Shown here piece after piece: positions 11,879 through 25,416 of a stretch of DNA of 64,000 bases; the stretch's first letter is position 1, and the number at the start of each line of letters is the position of its first letter. Source of the DNA: Utricularia gibba (Eukaryota; Plantae; Magnoliophyta); the NCBI GenBank assembly GCA_002189035.1, contig CM007992.1, positions 1,364,001 to 1,428,000 of the forward strand, in the 5' to 3' direction. A program made the translations under genes and the position numbers. The notes beneath the pieces were generated by a model, which worked only from the letters and a program-made list of their open reading frames with translations, did not search any database and was not told the origin of the DNA.

Positions 11879-14800
11879 ATGAAGGCGAAGAAGAAGAAAG
11901 GTCGCCCCGCCAAGAATTCTTCACTCGTTTACGACCATCAAACACCAGTCAATTTTCAGTCTTCTCCACTCACACGCCGCCGATCTGCCGCTTCCGACAA
12001 CCCTAAAACTAAGAATAGTAGCATTTCGCCCCTGAACCACAAATTGGACGACGACGATGATGATGATGATGAGAGGAGGGAGAAGAAAGTCAAGCTCGTT
12101 GTCCCGTTGCCTGAATTGGAGGAGGGTAAAGAGGAGTTAAATCAGACGAGGAGACTGCACTCCGGAAATCACGATTCGGGTCCCGCATCTGAGGAGGAAG
12201 GGTCCTGGGGCCAGGAAACGCGGGGAAAAGGCGCAAGATCAATGTCGTTGAGGGCGGATCTGGAGAAACTATTTCCAAGGTGAGGTTTCTTCGGGGGATA
12301 TGGAAAAATGCTGGGAACTTTATTTTTTTGAAATACCGGCGGTTAATTCGATGATCCGCCGGTTTCCCATAAGTTTCTCACCTTTCTGAAAGTTTTCAAA
12401 TTTCTATTTTGGGACTTTGAACCCGGATTTATTGCTTTCTGGGCGTTGATGCGAAGTTGGGAAGTGGGTTTTTTTCGTGCAAAATACAATGAAATCATTT
12501 TTCGTTGTGTCGTCCTCCTCTGACTGTTGTAGATCTCAAGTGGGGTGCTGTTTTTTGTTGACAAAGTCAACGTCTATATTCCACCCGCATCCTGAAATCT
12601 GAACAAATCTCGGAACTATTTATTTCCTTTTCTTGTAATGAAATCTTTGGTCGTTTGCCTTTATTATTCTTTTCTTTCTCGGTAATGCTTGTACATTACC
12701 CCTGTATTACGGTGTGCGTACATTCGCTTCTTCCTCACTGTCTCTATTTCTATCAACAACATCTCATCCGCTGGCAGCTCGGTTGGCTTGAACAAACTTT
12801 TAATGGGGCATTGGAAAAGCTTTCAATTTGTCTTGTTGGGATCTTGTATTTGTTATAGAGAAGCAGATATATTCTGTCTGAAATAGGCATAAGTTTTGGG
12901 AGTCATTTAATTGTTTCATTGATATATGCAGGTGAAAGATGCATTGATAGTGACAGATGCTACCAAAGATGGTTCAAGTCAGACTTGTGCTTTATTGGAT
13001 TCCTTTTTTCTTCAAACATAATTGAAAAACAGTACTTTTTCAGTTGTAAAAATCCGTACATCTTTGGCGTATCTTAATCCATTTATGTTTTTTTTTCTGG
13101 TGTGTGTGGACAGAGTCACCATTGGAGTCTGGTCCCACGACCCCTTTGCCTGACAAAAAGCTGCTGCTTTTCATTCTTGACAGACTTCAAAAGTACGTAC
13201 TGTGTTTTGTGTACTCTTGGAGCTGCTTCTTTGCGCCATACTGTGGGTTCTTAGTTTTGCCAATGTTGTTTTGTTGTTCATACCTTGATTCAGGAAGGAT
13301 ACTCATAACGTGTTTTCTGAACCGGTCGACATCGAGGAGGTTCGTGATTAAATTGAAGCTATTAACTATGTTACTGATTCAAGCAGGGATGACAATGGAT
13401 TTGAAACCGTTCTTTTGCAGCTTCCAGATTATTTTGACGTTATTGAACAACCCATGGATTTTGGGACCATCAGGAAGAAGCTGGACACAGGAGCTTATGA
13501 CAGCTTGGAGCAATTAGAGGTTTGCTTTGAGTGTTATCATCAGATTCTTGTGTTTTTATGCGCTTTAGTCGAGGAGCAAATGAATTTGTTGATTTATTTT
13601 CTATGGTTGCATGATGATATCTGCGGTTGAATATGAATAACATTGAAGGTTCTCTGGTGATTCCAGGCTGATGTGTTTCTGATTTGCTCAAATGCTATGG
13701 AGTATAATTCTCCAAACACAGTCTTTTATCGGCAGGTGCTTGATGCTTCTGTTTTCTTGTCTTTCCTACATATATTCTCGTATTCCTTCTGAATCATGAA
13801 GTGCACTAGGCCCGATCCATACAAGAGCTTGCTAAGAGAGACTTTGAGAACCTGAGACTTCATGGGGATGATGGTGAACCACAGCCGATAGTGGTGCGGA
13901 GAGGCCGACCCCCGAGCAAAAATCCAAAGAAGTTGGCTGAGACTAGTGCAGCAGCAGATCGTCTTCAACGCAGCGTTTCATCAGATGCAACTCTAGCGAA
14001 CGTAGAGGAAGAGAGGGCAGTAAGTTCATCCGGTTACAATTTAAGAAAGGCAGCCCTTTTAAACAGGTTCAGGTCCAATGATCAGTTTGTTTCCTCTTAC
14101 ACGCTGAGAAATGGAGATTACTCTGACTGGTTGGCTGATTGGAACAACGAATTCCCAGGTTTAGAATTTTGTACCAGAATCTGCATTTTGACCTGCATTT
14201 TTGCCACTTGCTTACATGGACTTTGTTCGTGCCCCTTTTGCCTTTATCATGTGTAGCTTCCATTGTGAGGGCTGACATGAGACATGGGAAAAAACAGTTC
14301 ACAGTCGATGAAACCAGACGAGATACTTATGGTGATCATCGGCCACAGTTTTCTGCCATGAAGTCTCCACTTTCTGCTGGAGATATGCGGATATTAGTTC
14401 CGGTATGAATTCGAATGAACTTCATTCGTAAAAGCAGGCAGTCTGAGTTCACTTGGATCATTGGCTTATACAATCAACAGGTCGGCCTTCAGGAGCCCCT
14501 TGCTTATGCAAGAAGCCTAGCCATGTTTGCTGCAAATCTTGGATTTGTTCCTTGGAAGATGGCATCTAAGAGAATAGAGTCCATCTTACCACCTGGAGTG
14601 CAGTATGGCCCTGGCTGGGTCGACGAAATCCGACCAACTGCAGATCCTTCCTCCTTTTCGAGTGAACTTCAGAAACCTTCAAACCTTAATGGTGGTCATT
14701 GCAGCTCAGACAAAGTTCCTGTGCCTCCTGTTTCGGGTGTAGCCTCCACGTCTGGCTGTGGCCCTTCTCAAGAACACCTTGTGGCTTTAAAAGGTGATGC

Positions 14801-14930
14801 TTCCTCCTGGAAAACACCCTTGCAACAGAGAAATGGTTTTTCTGGATCGCTTACATCTCAAACTTCATACCCAAATGGCCTTAATTCCAGCCATACATTG
14901 ACAAGGATTCATTCCATACAAGATGGATAA
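11879..14930 (+). CDS. Bromodomain protein of the BRD1/BRD2 SWI/SNF-associated type, multi-exon; apparent -1 frameshift in exon 1
   Basis: Spliced product: MKAKKKKGRP...ESGPTTPLPDKKLLLFILDRLQKKDTHNVFSEPVD..LPDYFDVIEQPMDFGTIRKKL..ADVFLICSNAMEYNSPNTVFYRQARSIQELAKRDFENL..VRRGRPP..YARSLAMFAANLG. Exon 1 (11879-12279, 401 nt) needs one more base to join exon 2 in phase and to give KRRKIN. Confidence 0.92.
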
Positions 14931-15538
14931 CAAGTTGCAGGAATTTGGAATACCACACAAACTGGATGCCAGGCTTTTTCACAATGTCATCCCTTTGATT
15001 CAATGGGGACCCCGAAGTCCATAAAGCCTGCTGTCCGAAGCATGTGTTCTCCTCCGCATCAGAATTTGGCTCAGCAACTATGAGCTTATGAATTCTTTGA
15101 TTCATCCCAGTTCTTGATCATATAGAACTTCATTAAAGTAAAGAAAAATCATTCATACTTTGCAAAGATGTGATGTATCTAATTTATGGCGCAGGTGAAA
15201 GAAACTACACAAACAATCCTCATAAACACATCAAAAAAATTTGACATCTTTTCTTTGATTGTAAGCGGTTCCTTGTCTTTATCATGCGCTCTGTGAATGG
15301 AAACCTGATTCTGTACTTAAAAAGAAATATTAACAATTGGCACTAGAAAACTGCCTATAAAAAAATACAAGAGGTTCAAGAGCAGGGCTAGTGAACATAA
15401 GTTCTGGCAACAAATGCAATCCAGGCAAAAGGTAGCAGCAGAGCTACCATACAGTACTGCCATGGTGGCGGCATACCTAAGGCAACAAGCACTTGTTTCA
15501 TGTTATAATCTACTCTATTAAAGCTCCATAAAAGAAGC

Positions 15539-16609
15539 TCATGAGTTAACACTATTAGAAAGCACGAGGGACACTGGACAGTGGTCGCTTCCATAGAAAC
15601 CCTTTAGTTCGATGCCATGACCATGCATTTCGCAAGAAACAATTCTGTCCTTGAGTTTATCAGAAAGTATGAAGTAGTCAATTCGCATCCGTTTTCCACG
15701 ATATTTCCCAACAGGGTTTCCTGACCAAGAGAATCCACTGTCCATATCTTTATCTGGATGCAGATGCCTGTAAGCGTCTATGAGATTGCCTTCTTTTAGA
15801 ATGGCACTAAAACGCCTCCTCTCAGAAAGTGTGAATCCAGGCTGTCCACAGTCCTCTTTGTTAGGTGGAACATAGCCATTGAGCTTGGCTTCACTAAAGA
15901 ACACAGGATGGCTGACGTCAATCTCTTGATGACTTACATTAAGATCACCACACCAGATAAGGGGCTTACTGGCATTTTTAGTGACAAACTCCAGTATTCT
16001 CTTGTCCCATTTTCTTCGCCTTTGGAATGAGGACTCCTCCTCTTTCCATCCATTGTTAGGGACATAAGTGTTCAACAGATAGAATGACTCGAATTCAGCC
16101 AGAATAACACGACCATCTGATTCGTGCTTGGAGTCAGTATGGTCGAGTGAGAAGCAAATCCTTTTTGGTTGAAAACATTTCTTGATGAATAGGCTAGTTC
16201 CAGCATACTTCGAATCCGAAAGTGACCACCACATATTGTAGTCCTTGAATGGAGGCTGTGATAGTGCACGCATCACAATCTGTTTCTCTGCACGGGATGA
16301 GCTGGTATCATCCTTTAACCCTCCAGGATTTTTTGGTGCACCTTTCCCACCAGCTGCAGGCATCCTGACTTCCTGAACGGCAAGGACATCTGGATCAAAA
16401 GTTTCCACAAATTTAGAGAATTCAGACCAATTGTTCTTGATTCTTAGCAGTAAACTATTGGCATTCCACGTCAAGAATCTCAAAGGCTCTTTATTTGGCA
16501 TTTCTGTTTTATCTTCCTCAAAATCTCCCAGAGGAGAAGTAAACGAGGAGGGGCAACATGGTTTTTTGCATGGCCCATCTTTCTCCACCGGCTTGAAGAA
16601 TCTCTTCAT
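15539..16609 (-). CDS. APE1L: AP endonuclease 1-like (ExoIII/DNase I-like family), single uninterrupted 356-aa ORF
   Basis: MKRFFKPVEK...FLTWNANSLLLR...QEVRMPAAG...KYAGT...GRVILAEF...NTYVPNNG...WCGDLNVSH...RMRIDYF...GSDHCPV closely matches recalled plant APE1L. The ATG at 16609 is preferred to the ORF-track start at 16681. Confidence 0.95.
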   Translation of the reverse strand: MKRFFKPVEKDGPCKKPCCPSSFTSPLGDFEEDKTEMPNKEPLRFLTWNANSLLLRIKNNWSEFSKFVETFDPDVLAVQEVRMPAAGGKGAPKNPGGLKDDTSSSRAEKQIVMRALSQPPFKDYNMWWSLSDSKYAGTSLFIKKCFQPKRICFSLDHTDSKHESDGRVILAEFESFYLLNTYVPNNGWKEEESSFQRRRKWDKRILEFVTKNASKPLIWCGDLNVSHQEIDVSHPVFFSEAKLNGYVPPNKEDCGQPGFTLSERRRFSAILKEGNLIDAYRHLHPDKDMDSGFSWSGNPVGKYRGKRMRIDYFILSDKLKDRIVSCEMHGHGIELKGFYGSDHCPVSLVLSNSVNS

Positions 16610-18199
16610 CTTATCGAACAAGAGATGCAGATATCCTAAAGCAGTGCACCTAAAAAATGGTTCTTCACCCTTCTTTAGCACACCCTCAAGCCCATGAAGC
16701 CTTTTCCACCTGCATTCTCATTGTCATGTAAACAGCAATCAGAATTCAGAATCACAATTGCAGACACAGCAGAAGTTGAGACTCCTTATCAGCCACGCCG
16801 CCGCTGTACAACGCGATCACTCAACAAATCTCAGCAACCACCGGCGAACGTAGAACAACATAACCCTAACCCTCAACAGATAATTTCGGTTTTAAAATCG
16901 TTTCCGGGTCACGGTTCAACCCGTTAGAGCCCGTTTATCGCTTCCCCTCGTTTTCCAGAATTGTTCAGAGAAACTGAGGAATCCATGAGTCGTCTTCAGC
17001 GTTGGAGTTCAAAACTGCGGATGAAGTTCAAGAACACTTCAAAGAAGATGCGCTTCTTTCAAATTCCCGTTAAGTTGAGTTCAAGTTTTGCGTCGAGAAC
17101 AGTTGCGTAGTTGTCTGCCGAAATAATGCTGACTGTCGCCGCCACCCATCGCTTGCTGCAGAGTTCTCCACCGAGCAGATGCACTTCTTTCATTCTGGGC
17201 CGAGTGCACTTTCTTGGAAATACGAAAGGCCAAAGGGGCCTTGAGGCGAAAAGATTATCCGACTGCGTGAGATACTGAGGGTGAAAATCTATATATATGA
17301 TTAAGAGAGTGTTTAATAAAAGGGTATATAAGTATTATATTCAATTTTACACATATATCATTATTTTATTAATTAGTATATTTATATTAATTTTACATGA
17401 GTATATCATTTATATACTCATTTTTAAGTATATAAGTGATATATACTATTAAGAGTAAAAATCGGTATTCTGTCGAAGGTCGATTTTTGGGTTATAGATT
17501 CGGATGGACGCGTCGTATCCAATCGTGGATTACGTGTTTTGCTTGGGGCAGTTAATGAAAGTAAAGATAGATAAAAAATTTTTACGTGAAAACTGTCGAA
17601 GAACGGAAAAATCACGGAACTATCTGAACTTGTCGAGAAACTAGCTTTCACTAGATGGAGAAGAAGAGAAAATACAAGTTGGGAGATTTAACATCAAAAC
17701 TTTTCCATTACAATGTTTCTAACATTTATAGGTGAGTTGAGGCCGACGGAGTTATGAGCTTTGCATGCATCGGTGATCTCAAAATGGCCACTTCTTACAA
17801 ATTATAATAAATAGAATTTGGAGTTCTGAGCTCTCGCCTTTTGGACAGAGCCCTTAATATGGCAATAATAAATTATAAGAGAGTTATTGTTTGTGACGTT
17901 GGTTTTTTGGAGGTTTACACTAATTTGGTTGAAGTTAACTCCACCATTTTTTATCTTTGCAAATTCAAGGATAGGTGTATTGAAAATGCGCATATCCAAA
18001 CAAACAAATTTTTAGTATAAAATGGATCATATTCCATGTCCCATTTTCTTACTTTGCTATTGAGCATAATAAGTCCAAGGTGCTGACATATTGATTATTA
18101 CGTCGAGAAGTTGATATTTAAATCAAATGTGATGTGAGTCATTTCATTATCCATGGTGACTTCAAATTCCCCTCATAATTAATATATGTATACATTAAA

Positions 18200-21100
18200 A
18201 ATCGATTAAATGAATTTTAATATATTAAATCTAAAATTATTGAATGTTGAATATTTAGTTAAATAAATATTGATACAATTATATTTTAATATATTGAATA
18301 AAATTCATTCAATCATGAAATATTTATTAAATCAAACCTATATTTATCAAAATTTTTATTAGTAATATATTTCGTTATAAAAAACCAATATAAATTGATT
18401 TTAGTATATTAAGTTAAAATTAATTTACTTATGAAATATTTAGTAACTAAAAAAACTATTTATAAAAATTAACATGAATCATATATTTTATAATTAAAAA
18501 TTGATACAAATTAATTTTAATATTTGAATCAAAATACAATTAATGATTAAACAAGTATTTATGAAAAAAAAATATTAAAATTATATTTTTATATCAAAAG
18601 TCGATATGAATTAGTTTTAATATTTTGAATCAAAATTCATTTAATAATAAAATATGTATTAAATCAAATACATAATTATGAAAAACGATGTTAATAATAT
18701 ATAATTTCATCAAAAATTGATACAAATTGATTTCAACATATTAAGCAAAAATTTATTTAATATTAAAATATTTAGTTAAAGAAACAGATATTTTAAAAAA
18801 AATCAATATAAATGATATATTTCTACATATAAATGAATTGATACAAATTGATTTTAATAAAATTCATGATGATCGACATCCACAATAATTAGATAAGATT
18901 CATCAATTTATCATATTTATCAATAAATCATATTACTCAACAAGATAAATGAAATGATCATGATTGAAAGTGACCCCAATTCACTCTCTATCTATTCTGC
19001 CATTCTTTTTCCCAAATTGTATGACAAAACACCAAAATGTACTCAATTCCCTTTCATATTGATTTTGACGCCTCAATGGGCGGCATTACATACCAACACT
19101 GTATTTATGAAATTGATTTTAATATATATTAAATCAAATATATGATTACGAATATTAATTTTAATATAGTAAATCGAAAATCATTGAATAATGAAATGTT
19201 GAATGATCAAATAAGTATTTATAAAAAAGATATTTGCAATATATTTTTATATCAAAAATTCATATAAATACATTTAAATATATTTAGTGAAATATTAATA
19301 TAGATAATGAAATAAATAATTATTTATGAAATTCGATATTAATATTATATTTTTCTATACGAAACAATATAATAGAAAATTAGTAAATAACTATTTATAA
19401 AAATCAATAATTATTATTATTTTATATAAAAAATATACAAATTGATTTAATATTAAAATATTTAATAAATCAAAAGAATATTCATTAAAATCGTTATCAA
19501 TAGTATATTTTTATATAAAAAAATACATAACAATTTATTATATTATATTGAATCTAAATTCATCTAATAGTAAAATATTAATAATTAAAGATATTAAATA
19601 AAAATGAATTTGATAATAGAATATTTAGTAAAATAAACATATATTCATGAAAATCAATGTTTAATATTATATTTTTATGTCCAAAAATGATATAAATTAA
19701 TTTTAATATGTTGAATTGAAATTCATTTAGTGATTAAATCCTGAATAAATCAAAGAAGTATTTATAAAAATCTATATATATAGTATATTTTTATATAAAA
19801 AATTGATATAAATATATTTAAATATATTGAATTGAAATATTAATATATTTAATCAAATAAATAAGTATTTATAAAATTCAATATTATTTTTATCGAATAT
19901 AATTTAATTTCAAATAAAAAACATTCAAAAAAATTCATTCTATCATTTCTCTTTTTTCGTTTTATTTTTCCAAAATGATACAATGACGTACCGAAACCGA
20001 CGATTACCCATCAAGTGACGAAGCCAATAACGAAGAATAAAAGATTGTTCTAGTTGTTAATCAAAAGCGGCAACGACATTGACTGCATAGTATCAAGTGC
20101 ATTGAAAAATATATTATATGTTGATTTCAATGTTTCCATCATCTAAGAATATTATATTTTTTGTGTCAACAAATGATATAAATTTATAAAAAAATATTTA
20201 TAAAAATTGATATTTATAGTGTATCCATATATTAAAAAATGGAAAATTGATTTTAGTATATTGAATCGAATTTATTTAATATTGAAAAATTAAATAAATC
20301 ATACAAATATTCATACAAATCAATAATAATAGTATATTTTTATATAAAAAACCAATATCAATTTATTTTAATATGCTGAATCTAAATTTATTTAATAATA
20401 AAATATTTGGTGACTAAATATATTAAATCGAAATTAATTTGACAATGAACTATTTAGTATTTATTAAAATGGTGTGATTTTATTAAATAAGATACATGCT
20501 TATGAAAATCGATTTTAAAACAAAAATCTATACTTACAATATCTAAACTCATATTGATGTTGAGTAAACAAAAATTCAAATCTCATGTACATGAATGGAC
20601 AACTATCCACTTATCTCCAAATTCAATCTTAGAATTCAATTATTAATCATCAATTCAACTTAACATTAAATAACATTCCACCATAATTCAATCAATCACA
20701 TCCGTCGTTTCCTTTTTTCTTTTCCCAGGTAATACAGTGTCGTACCGAATCTAATGGTCACCCATCTAGTGATGAAGTCCATAAGGAAGAATGAGAAATT
20801 TTTGAAGTTGTTCTCCGACACGGGAAATGGTGGCTATGTGATGCATAATATCAAACTTATTAAAAATTGTATTTCATGTCAACTTTAGTGTTTCCATGAT
20901 CATCGTTGTAGTTTTCAATATTTCTATTTTGAACATTGTTGTCGATTTTGACCAATCTACTATATGTTTAAATTTATCCTATGCCTTTTGGGTTTTTTGA
21001 TTTGAAGTCCAATCTACTTAAAGGCTTAGGGCTTAGGATCTTAAAGCTCAATAATTTTTAAGGTTATTAATGTATATAATTATGAATTATATATCATAAA

Positions 21101-23300
21101 TAATTAATATATTGATGAAATTTTTAAGGGCTTAGGACTTAGGATCTTAAATTATGAATTATTGTAAACAAGTAATCTAATATATCATAAATTTACAAAT
21201 GTTATAAAATTAAATTTAATAAATGATATAAATATTCGTTAAAATCAACATTAATAATATATTTTTGTATCATAAAATACATATCAATTTACTTTAATAT
21301 ATTGAATCTAAATTTGTTTAATATTACAATATTTAGTGATTAAAATATTGATTTTAAATGAATTTGACAATGAAATATTTCATGAATTAAGCATATGTTG
21401 ATGAAAATTGACATTAATATTATAGTTTTATATTAATAAACGATATATATCGATATGTGTAATTATAAAAATCGATATTTATAATATATTTTGATATTAA
21501 AAATTAATACAAATGTATTTAAATATATTGAATCGAAATATTAATATATTTAATGAAATAATAAATTATTTATGAAATTTGATATTATTATTATGGAACA
21601 CAATTCAACTTCAAATACAAATACAGAAATAAAATTTAATCTATCATTTTCGTCTTTTACTTTCTTCATACCTAGTTGGTATAGTGGTCTACCGGATCCA
21701 ATGTTCACTCCTCAAGTAATAAATTTGATAAGAAAGAATGAAAAATTATTATAGAACACAATTGCAACAGCATAGATTGCGTAGTATTAGATTTATTGAA
21801 AAATATATTACACTTTAATTTCAGCATTTCCATTATCAAATAATCTTATATATTTATGTGAATAAACGATATAAAATGATGATCAATTATTTATGAAAAC
21901 TGATATTTATAGTTAATTTTTATATCAAAAACATATAAATTAACTTTAATGTATTAAATTGAATTCATGTAATATTGAAATACTTAATAAAAAACAAATA
22001 TTTATTAAAATTGATATTAATGGTATATTTTTATATCAAAAAAATTCATATTAGTTTATTTTAATATATTGAATCTAAATTAATCTAATGTAAAGTATTT
22101 AGTGATTAAAGAGATTGAATTTAAATGAATTTGACAATGAAATATTTACTGAAGTAAATATGTATTCATAAAAATTGATATTCATATTAGATTTTTATAT
22201 TAAGAAACGATATAAAATGAGTGTATATATTGAATTGAAATTCATTTAATGATGAAATGTTAAATGAAAAAAAAAAATTAGATATAAATATCAATAAGAT
22301 ATTTTTATATAAAAAATGGATATAAATACATTTAAATATATTAAATCTAAATAGTAATATATTTCATCAAAGAAACAAATATTTATAAATGATATTATTA
22401 TTATTAAATTTTTATATTAAAACTATACAATAGTAAATTGGTGATAAAGTATTTATAAAATACGATATTTACAGGTTATATTTTTGTATCACAAATATAT
22501 TCAAATGTATTTAAATATATTGAATCGAAATTTCAATATATTTAGTAAAATAAATAAGTATTTGTGAAATTTGATATTATTATTATCGCACAAAATTCAA
22601 TCTATGATTTTCGTTTTATTTTTCTTATCAAGGTGATACAGTTCCACACCGAAACCGACGGTTATAACTCTGGTGATGAAATCGAATAGAAAGATTGAGC
22701 TATTTTTGTAATTATAACATTACAATATGAAATTTATGATTAACTATTTATGAAAATCGATATTAATAATATATTTTATATATAAAAATATATATAAATT
22801 GATTTTAATGTATTTAATTGAATTCATTTAATATTTAAATATTAAATAAATCAAAAAAATATTCATTAAAATCAATATTAATAATATAATTTTATATCAA
22901 AAAACTGATATCAATTCATTTAATAATAGTATATTTAGTAACTTAAGTGAAATTAATTTGATAATAAAATATTTAATGAAATAAATGTGTATTCATGAAA
23001 ATTGATATTAGTATTAGATTTTTATATTAAAAAACGATATAAAATGATTGTATCTATTGAATCTAAATTCATTTAACGATGACATGTTAAATGAAAAAAA
23101 CAAAAAATTTTAGAAATCAATATCAATAAGATATTTTTATATCAAAAATTGATATAAATACATCTAAATATATTAAATCTAAATATTAATATATTTCATC
23201 AAATAAATAAATATTTATAAATTTGATATTAATATTATATTTTTTTATAATAAAACTATACAATATTAAATGTATGACCAAGTATTTATAAAAATTTTTG
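18200..23300. repeat. Degenerate AT-rich tandem array: ~110-bp monomers arranged in ~0.75-0.96-kb higher-order units
   Basis: A motif like ATATTTTTATATCAAAAATTGATATAAATTGATTTTAATATATTGAATC.AAATT recurs about every 105-120 bp. Long near-copies exist (~22010-22450 vs ~22870-23290). A GC-richer module recurs at 19975, 20729, 21676 and 22633. Boundaries are approximate. Confidence 0.8.
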
Positions 23301-24913
23301 ATCAAGTATTCACAATCAAATTATTATACTTTTCAATCTGTCAAAAACAGTCGCTTTTGACAAACCCTGACAGTTATCGACGTCTCAGACTGCACTTGGG
23401 TATCAAAAGACATTTTGGTCACTTTTCAGTAGCCGATTAGCACGTCCGATTTAGACTCCATCATATACAAATAGAAAAAAAGGAAATTAGTTGTATGTAT
23501 ATTATTCACTTACTCGAATTTCTATTCTCAAATATTAAATATTATATGAAATTAATCATATAAATACTCAATTATATTATACATAGATATATTAATACTT
23601 AACTATCAAAATACCTCTAATTCTTATTGTTCAATGTAAAGGCTCAGGTATGGGACAGTCTGCTATAAGAGCGGAGGTAGCACATATGGGGTAGATCAAG
23701 GTTAGCGGGTTTTGGAAGTCATAGTATATTCCGTCTCATTTTTTCATTTTTGCATGTTTGTTTTTGTTATATGCATCGTGGATGTTCCTCGGCAATCCCA
23801 AGCACGCCAGGGAACGGTAATGTGCCCGATCTATGGTCTGCTGTTGCGTGGTGTTACAGGTCCTTACCTGATTTCATGTTCTTGTTCTTTAGTCACGCTA
23901 CATTTGAAAAACCTAAGAATCAATTATATTCATAATGATTTTGTATAGAATTGATTATGTATTTCAAATATATGTCAAATTATCTTTTATAAAAATTAAT
24001 TTTTGAGAATCAATTCATTTATATAAAAAGCATGGAATTATAGTTTTTCTAGGAAATTGATTCGAGAATTAATTCTAAAAATAAAATTACAATTATATCT
24101 TTTTTTATAAATGATTAATTATTCTAATTTTTAAATTAGAATATTGATATAAATGCAATTATATTAAAATAACAACATAAATTATAATTTAAAAATTATA
24201 TAATATTCCTATAACACGAATAGTATAAAAAAATATTCTTAAATTATAAATTTATAAAATATAATTATTAATACATATGAATAAATGTGTCATTTAATTA
24301 TCAAAATCAATTCGCATTTTTTATACTCCAAACATGAATTCATTCTATAATAATCATTCTAAAAAACAATTACAAACATATATCAATTCTTATTTTATTA
24401 TAATTTTCAATTATGTTAAAATTAATTCTGAAGTGATCTTTTCAAATGTAACCTCAATGTCGCATCTTGTAGGGAAGCATACCTCACAACTCTTCCCAAT
24501 TTCCTCTCAGATTTCAATTACAGTGGCCATTAGGAGACCTATCCCTCTTTTGTCTACCTACTTAGGGAATTATGAATTTTTGTAAAAATAGCCCTTAATT
24601 AAAATGAGAATATAAAACCATCACCTATAATTTATCAGATTAAACTGAAATTTTTCTTTTTCAATTGCATAAAATCTATGTTTTAAAACATGAATGCAAT
24701 AGTTGATTAGAGTTTTTTTTAAAACCCTTGAATGAAATTTCTATATTTAAATATATATTTTAAATTAATAATTAAAAAATAGTATTTGGAAAGTGAATAA
24801 CGAGGGGGTGGGGCATTTACAGCTTAGCAACAGAATAACAAAAATTACTAATTACTATTTCGAAAAAGAACTATTTGTTTTGAAAAGGTACACGTGGCTG
24901 AATATTTAAAATA

Positions 24914-24982
24914 TAGCCGTTTGCACCCAACACAAGAAAGAGCGATGCGCTTCATCCAACGGTCATCATTCACTAGCCGTTG
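24914..24982. promoter_or_regulatory. Cluster of three MSA (M-phase-specific activator, MYB3R) elements
   Basis: TCCAACGGTCA at 24955-24965 plus reverse-strand AACGGCTA cores at 24914-24921 and 24974-24981, ~440-500 bp upstream of a B-type cyclin ATG. MSA clusters are the established G2/M signature of CYCB promoters. Confidence 0.85.
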
Positions 24983-25416
24983 TTTTCAAATAAATTCCAA
25001 GAGAATAGACACTGACTGGTCTTCCGAGGGTGCAGACATAAATCCGCTCTTCACTCTATCTCCATATTTTTCAATTGAACAATTTGGGGAGTAGAGGGAG
25101 TCAGATTCCCAATTTTGTGTCACCCCTTTCGAAAACTCTGTCGAATGATTCGCCTTCAATGGGGTTTCATATGTAGTCTCCCTCCCTGTATTCCTACGGA
25201 TCTTCTTGCAGGAGCTTGTGTTCGTTTCTGTAGTTTCGTGGGATTCTATTGATTTCAAGGTTTGGGTTCTGTCGATTGAATTTTTTTTCTTTGATTTAAT
25301 GACGTGGGCATCATTGATCTGAGTTTAATCTTCAGGATTTGAATTAAGATTCCATTTTTTTCGCTTTTCTTTGTATTTTTCCAGACCTGTATCCTGTATT
25401 GGAAATATAAATCGTA

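Noticed and set aside
16930-17220. GC-rich stretch upstream of APE1L with 41- and 44-codon ORFs
   Set aside because: No recognisable protein similarity; more simply promoter or leader sequence.
21023-21150. CTTAGGG/CTTAGGA units as variant interstitial telomere repeats
   Set aside because: Only two or three units in each of two short duplicated patches; compatible with a local duplication.
23635-23858. TGTAA...GTTACA segment as a solo LTR or Cassandra TRIM (contains GCGTGCTTGGG, an 11-nt 5S rRNA match on the minus strand)
   Set aside because: Flanks (TTCAA vs GGTCC) give no TSD, there is no PBS or PPT, and the 5S similarity does not extend.
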